Shown: positions 50,725 to 63,239, counted from the stretch's first letter. The stretch is 64,000 bases of DNA from Eledone cirrhosa (GCA_964016885.1 OZ024743.1:90706001-90770000), one strand, 5' to 3'. Notes: a model not told the origin generated them from the letters alone. A program made the numbers and translations.

Positions 50725-53482
50725 ATCGTTATCACTATATTTATATTTACCCATCTTCATCTCACCATTATCATCATCATCATATTTATTACTATATTTA
50801 TATTTACCCACCTTCATCTCACCATTACCATCATTATATTTATCACTATATTTATATTTACCCACCTTCATCTCACCATTATCATCATTATATTTATTAC
50901 TATATTTATAATTATCCACCTACTCACAATTATCATCATTATATTTATCACTATATTTATATTTACCCACCTTCATCTCACCATTATCATCATTATATTT
51001 ATTACTATATTTATAATTACCCACCTTCATCTCACCATTATCATCATTATATTTACTACTATATTTATATTTACCCACCTTCATCTCACCATTACCATCA
51101 TTATATTTATCACTATATTTATATTTACCCACCTTCATCTCACCATTATCATCATTATATTTATCACTATATTTATATTTACCCACATTCATCTCACCAT
51201 TATCATCATTATATTTACTACTATATTTATATTTACCCACATTCATCTCACCATTACCATCATTATATTTATCACTATATTTATATTTACCCACCTTCAT
51301 CTCACCATCATTATATTTATCACTATATTTATATTTACCCAACTTCATCTCACCATTATCATCATTATATTTACTACTATATTTATAATTACCCACCTTC
51401 ATCTCACCATTATCATCATTATATTTATTACTATATTTATATTTACCCAACTTCATCTCACCATTACCATCATTATATTTATCACTATATTTATATTTAC
51501 CCACCTTCATCTCACCATTATCATCATTATATTTATCACTATATTTATATTTACCCAACTTCATCTCACCATTATCATCATTATATTTACTACTATATTT
51601 ATATTTACCCACCTTCATCTCACCATTATCATCATTATATTTATCGCTATATTTATATTTACCCACCTTCATCTCACCATTACCATCATTATATTTACTA
51701 CTATATTTATATTTACCCACCTTCATCTCACCATTATCATCATTATATTTACTACTATATTTATAATTACCCACCTTCATCTCACGATTACCATCATTAT
51801 ATTTATCACTATATTTATATTTACCCACCTTCATCTCACCATCATTATATTTATTACTATATTTATATTTACCCAACTTCATCTCACCATTATCATCATT
51901 ATATTTACTACTATATTTATATTTACCCACCTTCATCTCACCATCATTATATTTATTACTATATTTATATTTACCCACCTTCATCTCACCATTATCATCA
52001 TTATATTTACTACTATATTTATATTTACCCACCTTCATCTCACCATTATCATCATTATATTTACTACTATATTTATAATTACCCACCTTCATCTCACCAT
52101 TACCATCATTATATTTATCACTATATTTATAATTACCCACCTTCATCTCACGATTACCATCATTATATTTATCACTATATTTATATTTACCCGCCTTCAT
52201 CTCACCATTACCATCATTATATTTATTACTATATTTATATTTACCCGCCTTCATCTCACCATTATCATCATTATATTTATTACTATATTTATATTTACCC
52301 ACCTTCATCTCACCATTATCATCATTATATTTACTACTATATTTATATTTACCCACCTTCATCTCACCATCATTATATTTATTACTATATTTATATTTAC
52401 CCATCTTCATCTCACCATTATCATCATTATATTTACTATTATATTTATATTTACCCATCTTCATCTCACCATCATTATATTTACTACTATATTTATATTT
52501 ACCCACCTTCATCTCACCATCATTATATTTATCACTATATTTATATTTACCCACCTTCATCTCACCATTATCATCATTATATTTACTACTATATTTATAT
52601 TTACCCACCTTCATCTCACCATCATTATATTTATCACTATATTTATATTTACCCATCTTCATCTCACCATTATCATCATTATATTTACTATTATATTTAT
52701 ATTTACCCATCTTCATCTCACCATCATTATATTTACTACTATATTTATATTTACCCACCTTCATCTCACCATCATTATATTTATCACTATATTTATATTT
52801 ACCCACCTTCATCTCACCATTATCATCATTATATTTACTACTATATTTATATTTACCCACCTTCATCTCACCATCATTATATTTATCACTATATTTATAT
52901 TTACCCATCTTCATCTCACCATTATCATCATTATATTTACTATTATATTTATATTTACCCATCTTCATCTCACCATCATTATATTTACTACTATATTTAT
53001 ATTTACCCACCTTCATCTCACCATCATTATATTTATCACTATATTTATATTTACCCACCTTCATCTCACCATTATCATCATTATATTTACTACTATATTT
53101 ATATTTACCCACCTTCATCTCACCATCATTATATTTATCACTATATTTATATTTACCCATCTTCATCTCACCATTATCATCATTATATTTACTATTATAT
53201 TTATATTTACCCATCTTCATCTCACCATCATTATATTTACTACTATATTTATATTTACCCACCTTCATCTCACCATCATTATATTTATCACTATATTTAT
53301 ATTTACCCACCTTCATCTCACCATTACCATCATTATATTTACTACTATATTTATATTTACCCACCTTCTTCTCACCATCATTATATTTACTACTATATTT
53401 ATATTTACCCACCTTCATCTCACCATTACCATCATTATATTTATCACTATATTTATATTTACCCACCTTCATCTCACCATTG
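50725..53482. repeat. 54/48-bp minisatellite, roughly 50+ units, with a 252-bp higher-order period
   Basis: Unit CCACCTTCATCTCACCAT(TATCAT)CATTATATTTACTACTATATTTATATTTAC; the CCATCTTC variant in a 54-bp unit recurs at 52401, 52653, 52905 and 53157. Confidence 0.95.
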
Positions 53483-53756
53483 TCAATATCATATACACCT
53501 TCATATGGACCTGAATTAACAAGGTTCTGTTTAACTATACCATTGCTGGCAATCTCCATTCTTTCAGAATATGTACGCAAAGCATCATTGTTTAACGTCA
53601 GATCAAAGCAGCCAATATCCAATATGATTTGTTTCAGTTCTTTTGTCATTACCCTGAAGCAATGATTTGCTGTACTGGAGATATTTCTGGTTCTGGCTAT
53701 TTGGAAACGAAGTACATTTTGTTGTGGATCTTTATTCTTGATGTTTCCGAACGTTC
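50920..53756 (-). CDS. Gene B terminal exon: Cys-domain C-terminal half plus (GEMKVGKYKYSxKYND[DG]N)n repeat
   Basis: Pyrimidine tract and AAG acceptor at 53757; phase-1 frame RTFGNIK...NHCFRVMTKELKQIILDIGCFDL joins the 909-aa ORF in frame; TAG at 50920-50922, after which the same frame stays open to TGA at 50683. Confidence 0.7.
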
Positions 53757-54689
53757 CTTTAAAGAAATGTATAAAAGAAATTAAAAGAAAAACATTTTCT
53801 TGAACGGTTATGATGATGTTTTTGACTTGAAGTCATTGTGATTTGTTTGCATGTTTCTTTTTTTTGTGTGTGTTGTGAATCCTTTTAAATATTGAATAAT
53901 CTTTAAAGGCTCAGGCAGAGGCGACAGAGCGGTTTCCATGACCCCCTTTTAAATGTCTATATGATTTGCAAGAGGAAATGAAAAAATTATTTTTATAACG
54001 AAATGCATTCCGCCAAAAGCCTCTAAACACCAAGTGATGGAGTTAAACCGGGTTAAGGATTATGTTTAATAGTCCAGAACAGAAATAGCTTTCCACACAT
54101 TTTGCGTCAACCCTATTACGTTTCGCTAACTACAGTCGATCCGAGACTATGGTATAAAACACATGCACAAGGTATCGCCGCGCAGGCAAATAAAATCCAC
54201 AGTATGATTGTGCCTCATTCAATATTCTAATTATAAGATGCTAGATTTATTCCTTGTAAGCTTAGACATTTGTTTCTGGATGCTTGGAAACACTAATATC
54301 TTAGCATAATTTGAAACCCTGGCTATATCGAAGGAAGTTGTTTGGCGGACACTGTTAAAAAAGTTAAGTAGAGGGTTTTTCACATCACAAACTATTTCGC
54401 CATGACTATCAGATAGATAAAAGCTGACTGCAAATTCTGACCAAAGGAAGGTTGCGAGGCGATCTTTACAATGGACTCAGCTGAGAGCTGTATCCATACA
54501 CATCATACACATGATAGCAGCTTTTCGATGTAACTCCACTAGCAATGCTCTGGTAGGGTTGGTTCGATATAAACCTTCAGGCAGATAGGAGCTGAAACGA
54601 AGTTACGAGCAGGGTAGCCAATCTCACCCCAAAATAGACTGAGAGAAAGCTTTCTCTGAATGGTCGGCCAAGGGTGTAGGACGCATTTA

Positions 54690-55070
54690 TTGCCGCGTGA
54701 TCACTGTGAATTTCGTAGCTCGGTGATCAGAGAGTCACTCCATGTAGAGCCGCTATTTCTCCGAATTGAGAGATCACAGCTCCGATACTATTGGCATGTG
54801 GTTAGAAAGTCTCAAGAAAGAAACGCTGGACAGATTTTATGGGCAAAACTAACCGAGCAAGATGGTTGGATAACATCCATGAGCTTGGCTGGTCACGCTT
54901 GGGGTTCCAGTCGGATCAGTGGGAGACGGTTGCTTCTGACTGGGCCCGCAGGAGGGAGTGTTTCAAGACTGCCCCCACGACCACGACCCTCTCAGGAATA
55001 AGTGAAAAAAGAAGAAGAAGAAAAAGAAGAAGAAGAAGAAGAAGAAGAAGAAGAAGAAGAAGAAGAAGAA
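54690..55070 (+). mobile_element. RTE (Rex3/Expander-like) 3' fragment with (GAA)n tail
   Basis: IRESLHVEPLFLRIERSQLRYYWHVVR; similar to 32930-33470. Confidence 0.8.
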
Positions 55071-55265
55071 GACATCTTTTTACAGCTCGTCTCCTTGATG
55101 GAACTACAGGCAGGGACAAGTGAAGACCAAGTTATCTGGAATGTTGTTAGCGTCTAATGTATGTATGGGTCTATAACTTATGGTGGAGTTATAGTGGTGT
55201 TTCTTGGATATTTAAAATATGGCGGAGTCAATGACGTCTCCAAGTCTGAATAGAGCCGATTTCTT

Positions 55266-55330
<65 letters not shown>

Positions 55331-55611
55331 GAGTGAGAGAGAGAGAGAGAGAGAGTATGTGTGTGTGTGTGTGTGGAAGAGAGTGACAGAGAGAATGTGT
55401 GGAGAAAGTGATAAAGAGGAAGTGAGAAAGAGACATACAGGAAAAATTTATCCCAGTACTGAACCAATAATTTCTTTTAGGGACCTCGAAAGGATGAAAG
55501 ACGACAAAATTGACCTCGGCGAGATTTGAACTCAGAAAAGACAGAGAGCCGGAAGAAATAGCTCAAAGTATTGTATCCGACATAAACAGAGATAGTAGGA
55601 TTATAACTTAC

Positions 55612-55683
55612 TTGCCAATAATTTCCCGTTTACGTGGATGACATTTGAAAACTGACCATTCCGTAAGAATGCTAGAGTTCGAA
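55612..55683 (-). CDS. Gene B small internal exon (72 nt, phase 1-1)
   Basis: TTTCTATCAG acceptor; FRTLAFLRNGQFSNVIHVNGKLLA; donor A|GTAAGT; keeps frame between flanking exons. Confidence 0.7.
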
Positions 55684-56824
55684 CTGATAGAAATAAATAA
55701 ATACATATATAAATAACAACAACAATAACAACAACTCTATGCCACAAAGCATGTTATCCGACACTCAACTGATTCTGACACTCTACTGATTCTTACAACA
55801 ACAATGATAATGGTGACAACAGAAATTATAGCATTAGTACTTATAATACTATCTTTATTTGACTAAAGGAATACCAAATTTACAAAATTATAAGCATTAT
55901 AATGCGATTCAACAAGATTATGCCATATGATTTTGAATAAAATAGTATATCGTAATTGTCGACCCTGCAAAGCATGTTGTTAGACGCTCTATCAGTACTG
56001 CCACTCCACCGCCCTTGGTTTCTGATTTAGGCACAAGGCTAGCAAATTGAAGGGGAGGGGAAGTCAATTAAATCGACTCCAGTGCATTACTGGTACTTTA
56101 TTTTATCGACCCCGTAAAGATGAAAGGCGAAGCTAACCTCAGCGGGATTTGAACTCAGAACGTAAAGGGCCGTAATTCTATGCTGCAAAGCATGTTGTCC
56201 GGCGTTCTATCTATACTGCCACTCCACCGCCCCGGGTTTCTGATTTAGGCACAAGGTCAACAATTTTGGGGAAGGGGAAAGTCGATTAAATCTGAGGTAC
56301 TGGGGTGGATTTTTCTCACTCCCTTTTCTTCATTCTTTTTTCTTTAATCCCGTCTCTCACACTCCCTCTCTCCCGGAGAACGGGCTCCACCAGGTTTAAC
56401 ATGCCCAAAACGCCACTTCTATATCAGGATTTACGGGTCCATACATAATCAAGGCGGCGAGTCGTTAGAACGTCGGTTAGAATCCTTTGCGTTCTTCGTT
56501 TTGACGCTCTGCTCTCTGAGTTCAAATCCCGCCAAGGTCAACTTTACCTTTCATCCATTCATAGTCGATAAAAAAATGTACCACTCTAGTACTGGGGTCG
56601 ATTCTTCCTCTATATCTCTTTCTCACTTACATTCTCTCACTCACTGTACCCTACTCTAGGAGAAACCCGATTAATTCTGATATGGAGAGTGATTGGCTCC
56701 ACCAGGTTTAAAAATGCCCCAGAAACGCCGTATGTCAATATGGCGTCACTACGATACCCTTAGGAGTTATGGGACCATGCACATAGATAATTTTAAAAAT
56801 AATAGAAAAAACAATTTGGCTTAC

Positions 56825-56995
56825 ATTCACTGTTTCCGATATTGAGACTACATGAAATCAGGTTGCCAATAAATTTACAAGGAGCTTCTTGTACAATCAG
56901 AATATCATTAACATCGACATTGCTGATGTTTGCTTCAATTTTCTCCGAGTTGACCATTTTCTCTGGTAGAGTATTATCACCAACCATTCTCATTG
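56825..56995 (-). CDS. Gene B exon (171 nt, phase 1-1)
   Basis: Long pyrimidine tract and TTTCCAG acceptor; [12 protein letters not shown]...[23 protein letters not shown]; donor T|GTAAGC. Confidence 0.7.
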
Positions 56996-57078
56996 CTGGA
57001 AACGAGAGAAAGAAAACAAAAAACAAAACAATTCGTCATATTATTGTTCATCTGTGTCTTTTTCTTCATTGACTTTTT

Positions 57079-57290
57079 GCACACACACAGACTCACACAG
57101 ACACAGACACACACAAACACACACACACACAGACACACACCCACACACCCACACACCCACAGACACACACACACACACACACACACAGACAGACAGACAC
57201 ACAGACAAACACAGACACAGACACAGACACACACAGACACACGCAGACACACACAGAGACATAGACACACACAGACACACACAGACACAG

Positions 57291-57363
<73 letters not shown>
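57079..57363. repeat. Compound (CA)n/(CAGA)n microsatellite
   Basis: Directly visible. Confidence 0.95.
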
Positions 57364-57367
<4 letters not shown>

Positions 57368-58006
57368 TATATAAAGTTTAATATAGAAATGGCTTCTACA
57401 GGACTAGAACCTGTTTCATTGAGAAGAAATCATCATGAAAGCTTTCCTGGTGATGTCTCCTGAATGAAACAGCCCTAGACCTGTAGAAGCCATTTCTATA
57501 TTAAACTTGATGTTTACACTCTACTAATGTATTGAGTACTTTATTAACTGTGAGTACCCCCGATGAACCCGGGATTCACACGCACAAACACACACACACT
57601 CATTCACACACAAACATTCACACACAAACACACACACATTCACACACACACATACACACACACAAACACACATATATCAGTATTAAACTAGTTAGACCAT
57701 TACTCAACAGAGTACTCGATACTTGGGATAGTAGTAGTCTGGAACTAGCTGTTGAAGAGCTCAGACGTCGGACCCTGACCCTTTTTAATATGTGTGTATA
57801 TATAAACCTGTTTAGCTTGCTTCGTTTTTTTGTGTTAGGTGGCTGGTGGCTTCTTAACCGCCATTCTCAGTTTGTTTGACCTCTATAACCTATGTTTATT
57901 GCTCTGGTCTTTTTTTAGTTCATGGAGCGCTTGCCGCATAACTCGGAAATTGCGTTTCGCTTTGTTTTCGACTACTGCCGAAATTCGATCTCGCTGAAAT
58001 TATATT

Positions 58007-58080
<74 letters not shown>

Positions 58081-58274
58081 AACAAGTATGACCCCTACGG
58101 CAGAGCTCAAGCCGTTTCGACGGCTAATTCTGGAATTAGTCCAGAATTAGCCGTCGAAACGGCTTGAGCTCTGCCGTCGAGGTCATACTTGCTCCTATTA
58201 CCCACTCTATTACCCTAAGTATTGAGTACTTTGGTGCGTTATGGTTCGTCTGGTTCCTTACCACATTTCCTTCG

Positions 58275-58357
<83 letters not shown>

Positions 58358-59252
58358 ATCTAAGTAATAAACTACAAAATGAAATATATAGCTGCAAGTT
58401 TGTATAATTCTATCAGGATGTTGCAATATACTGCACGTTCATATACGTACCTGAAACTCAACAAATAAGACAACAACAAAAAAGAAAAGAAAAAGAAAAA
58501 ATTAATTCGGAAATCAGTACGGGTTCGAATCTTATCGAAGCTGTGCTGAGCTGTTTGAATCATGCCTCTGCGTACTACTGGTTCTTACCCCATCTTTGCT
58601 TAACTTGAGGGTCAGATTTTTGTAGAGAATATGCGTCGTTGCATTAAATTATATAAACTGCAAAACGAAATATGTTGGTGCGTACTCGTGTCATTTACGT
58701 GTTAAAACTTAACTCTTCCACTTTCAAACATTTGCAAACATTTATAGATGAAGCAGATGCATACACACACACCACCTGGATGAAGGCCGTATTTCTGCTA
58801 GTGTGTGCATGTATATATATATATATATATGGGATGAGGTGATAAAAGCCGACCTTACCCAATTACACCTCTCAAAGGCGATGACACACGACCGTGACCT
58901 CTGGCGTCATGCAGTAATACAGAGTACTCGACCTCCCATGGGTACAAGCTGAAGCATATAGACAATATGCCCCCACACCCTCCCACTGCAAAGTGGTTGT
59001 GGAGGTGCTACGGCAAAAAAGCACCCAGCCCACACTGTAAAGTGGACGTGTAGGCGCCACGGCAAAAAAGCACCCAGCACTCACTGTAAATGAGGTTGGT
59101 GTTAGGAAGGGCATCCAGCTGTAGAAATGAAGACAAAATCAGTTCCTGTATGAGCAAGGCATGGTCAGCCGACCAGACACTGCGCACTACAGGACAACCC
59201 GTCTAACCCATGCTAGCATGGAAGAACGGACGTAAAACGGTGATGATGATGA

Positions 59253-59295
<43 letters not shown>

Positions 59296-59564
59296 GTATA
59301 ATAAACAATACAATATAATTACCTCATTACCAGAGGTTTCCTGAATAAGACGAATACGAAAAACGTCCTCATTCGTTCGTCGGACAAGGCAACGAATGAG
59401 GCAACGAATGAGGACGTTTTTCGTATTCGTCTTATTCGGGAAACCTCTGGTAATGAGGTAATTATATTGTATTGTTTATTATACATTAAATTTTGCTCTG
59501 GTACTTACATAGAGCACTCTTCACTCCTATGACTTTTTCAATTTTCAACGGAAACTTCAATACT

Positions 59565-59646
<82 letters not shown>

Positions 59647-59958
59647 ATTATTTATTTCTTCCAACACTATGAACATTTGAGAATGACCAATTCTACCCAG
59701 AGGTAAACCACCAAATTTAGCCCGACCGGGCTAGAAGCTGCTAAATGTTCGGCCGCCCTCCTGTCTCTGCTTTTCAGCCCTATGGATCTTGTCTATTATA
59801 TTCCTTTGTTATATTTCGAATATCCGATGATGTCACCGGATTCATACTGAACCCGGTCACTGGAATGTTCCTAGTATAATAAACCTTTTAAGGAACTACA
59901 CCAGTCCAGCCTCCTGTTGTTTTATAATAATTAACTCCGTACTCGCACCATCAACAAC

Positions 59959-60120
59959 CAAGGCCGTCTTAACGCATGGGCACGCTGGGCAGTTGCCCGG
60001 GGGCCCCACGAGGATAGGGGGCCCATTTGTATTTTTATTCCTGTGGGTGGTTGTGTAGGTAGGGGCCCCAGTGCTCTGCTTTGCCGGGGGGGGGGCTATA
60101 ATGCTGTTAAGACGGGCCTG
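59959..60120. mobile_element. hAT-type MITE
   Basis: TIRs CAAGGCCGTCTTAAC / GTTAAGACGGGCCTG (13/15 match); 8-bp TSD TCAACAAC / CCAACAAC. Confidence 0.8.
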
Positions 60121-60413
60121 CCAACAACACAAACGAAGACGAGTGAGTTGCATTACGTCGAGTGCTCGCCCTAATATTACATCGAGGTTGACTATACGGA
60201 ATGACCACTTCTATCCAGTGGTGAACCAACAAACCTAAATGTATATCTATATATATATATATGAAAAATGGCGTGCTGCGTGGTTGCAAATGGGTTACAT
60301 ATGAATAAAATTAGTCCTTCATCAGTGATCTTCCAACCTTCATTGGTATTTCTTCTTTAAAGCGAAGAAATACCAACGAAGGATGGAAGATCACTGATGA
60401 AGGACTAATTTTA

Positions 60414-60491
<78 letters not shown>

Positions 60492-60496
<5 letters not shown>

Positions 60497-60917
60497 CGAA
60501 ATCTGTCCACACCTTGAACCCTGGGTGAAACAGAAAGGTCAAATTCCGGGTCACCTCCTTTTCGGCGTAAACAAATTCATGCGTGGGCGATACCTCGAGG
60601 CGGGAAACAGAAAACGACAGGTATCAGCCTGTATCAGACCAAGCAGAGGGAGATCGGACCAGTACACGAGAGAATATCTATGCAAAACATTCACCTCTAA
60701 CTACAGGCCCCTGGAGGTCTACAGACTTCTACAAACCTTTACTCTCTCTCTCTCCTGGTCTACGGACTTCTCACCTTCTCTGGCCACAAACTACACCGTT
60801 ATAACTCTTACTAACATATTCTTTGTTCATTTGTGAAGTGAAGTAAATCTTTTATATCAAAAGTAAACCAGCTATTCGTGTTATTTCTTCTAATGATAAC
60901 TACCAACTTTGCTTCGC

Positions 60918-60921
<4 letters not shown>
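60492..60921 (+). mobile_element. Probable solo LTR inserted in a microsatellite
   Basis: TG...CA ends with imperfect terminal inverted repeat TGTAGCGAA/TTCGCTTCA; 430 bp; AGTAAA polyA-like signals near the 3' end. Confidence 0.55.
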
Positions 60922-61006
<85 letters not shown>

Positions 61007-62202
61007 AATAGGGAGCGCACAAGGCAAAAACAATGGAAAAAACAACGGAAAGACGGACAGTCCTATCTCCTCAGTCAACCTCTGGAAATCCCTATGGTTT
61101 TGGTACATTATGATCGATATCATTCATTTCAGTGCACATTGGGACACAACAAAACAAGCAGAAACAAGTTATGCATTTAGGAAAATTACACAAATATAGA
61201 GTGTGCATGGGCTTAACCAAAGGGGGGAAATATAGAAAGGAGACAAATAGTAAAACAGAAGATAATACGGACTGTTGTCGTCGTGTGGACAAAGAAGAAC
61301 ACTGAGGCATAGAAAAGGTAAGAAGGGAGATGGGGAAAACAGGCCGGGCAGTGTGATGTCTATTATATGGTAGTTTTAAAAAAAGCCCGCAAGGCTAAGT
61401 CTTTAGAATATATCTATATACTACTAAAACTCTGTGATTGCTTGCTTGCTTGTCTGTAATGTAATACAGACAAAAGGGTGCATAATGGGAAAATACTTTG
61501 AAAGGAAGTTGACCCTGAAATGGGAATAGAAATGGAATAAAACAAGTTTGGCGTAAATCGAAGAACGGGTTCATGAGATATGGGTTTTTTCGGGGTACCT
61601 TCCAGGGGCGAAGGGTCCGTGCATGCAACGCATGCAGTGCATGTGTTATAGAACCTTGAGTTGATTAATTGCGTCGGTTGAAGCAAGCAGAATTTTGGCT
61701 GCTTACTAAAACGTATAGACACAAAAAAAGATAACCCCCCCACACACACACGACAGCTTTAGGGCAAGCAGAATTTTGACTGCTTACTAAATCGTAGACA
61801 CACAAAAAGATAACACACACACATACACACTAGATAACACTACATGCGGCTTTGACCGGGAGGGTCATTTAGAGGGTATTGGGGAGGGGGCTAAGCCCCA
61901 CTTTCCGCCATGGCGATTGGACTGCATGCCCTGCGTTCCAGGTTACCCTTCACCACTGGTACCTTCATAGACAGAGAGAGAAAGATGGAGAGAAAGAGAT
62001 AGTGGTTGTGAGAGAGTAGATTGAAAGAGAGACATAGATAGGGAGAGGGAGAGGAGGCAGAGAAGAAGAATGCAACAGAGAGAGGGAGAGAGAGGGAGCG
62101 AGCTGGTGGTGTTGTGTATATATATGTGAGTGTATATGTATGTGTCTGTGATCTATATACACTGGTCATAGACACACACATACATTCATATACACACATA
62201 CG

Positions 62203-62250
<48 letters not shown>

Positions 62251-62480
62251 ATATATGTCTGTTGGAAGCTCCCGAATAGTGGGGTTACTAATTTTATTAT
62301 TGGTCTATTATGCAAATTAGTGTCGGAGAGGTTTAAATCCCATACATTTAAATTAGCCGACACTAATTTGCATAATAGACCAATAATAAAATTAGTAACC
62401 CCACTATCCGGGAGCTTCCAACAGACATGGTCGCATTCTTTTAAGGGTATGTCAATATTTATTTTATAAAACTGATCTAT

Positions 62481-62550
62481 ATTATATTTTATCTGATGAA
62501 AGCGCACCATAATTTGCTTTGGTGTCCTTGAAATATGTATAATGAAATAA
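62481..62550 (+). ncRNA. Minimal type I hammerhead ribozyme in a solo pLTR
   Basis: CTGATGA 62493-62499; helix II AAGCGCACCA/TGGTGTCCTT; GAAA 62530-62533; TATGTATA as at 646-653; helix I TATTTTAT/ATGAAATA. Confidence 0.75.
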
Positions 62551-63154
62551 ATATGGTTTTATAAATATAGTTTCCATTTATAAATATATTGTATTTTTAT
62601 TCCAAAAATTTGTTGAGTGCTTTATATCAGTTATAAAAATATTTGCTTGTTGTATCCCAACAAATTAAATATAACTTCTACATATATATATATATATATA
62701 TATAGTGAAAGAGTGAAGAATAACAGGTCGGCTGTACAAAAAGGGTTTATTTACAGTACTAACAGTTGTTTCATTGATCAGGTGAGTTTAAAGGCCCCTA
62801 ATCACTAGAAATAGCGTCACTCGACCTTAATTACACACTGTAATTAAGGTCGAGTGACGCAATTTCCACTGATTAGGAGCCTTTAGACTCACCTGATAAA
62901 TGAAACAATTGTCAATACTGTAAATAGAACCCTTTTTGTACAGCCGACTATGTTATTCTTCACTCTTTCACTATTATTACTCCAAGAACCACCTGCATGG
63001 AAACTCGTAAACTAGCTACCTAACTAAGGAAACTTCTTGTAGAGTCAATCAACACCGAACATTAAAACTATCCATAGTACAGAGTAGTGACAACCTCTCA
63101 CTGGATTACCTTAAACGACACCTTGTTATCCCCCTCTCTCTCTATCTCTGTCTG

Positions 63155-63234
<80 letters not shown>

Positions 63235-63239
<5 letters not shown>

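Noticed and set aside
53600-56995. Ig-like reading of the gene B domain (C...FLRNG...HCFRV)
   Set aside because: No conserved Trp or DxGxYxC motif, and paralog A does not keep the pattern.
58451-58563. Hydrophobic ORF (MIQTAQ...FFFFFSFLLLSYLLSF) as the signal-peptide exon of gene B
   Set aside because: The donor AG|GTACGT is phase 2 in this frame while the next exon needs phase 1, and the phase-1 frame contains TGA. It may be a non-coding exon or an acceptor tract.
58515-58590. GGGTTCGAATC T-loop/B-box suggesting a tRNA gene
   Set aside because: No A-box, D-arm or acceptor stem could be folded.
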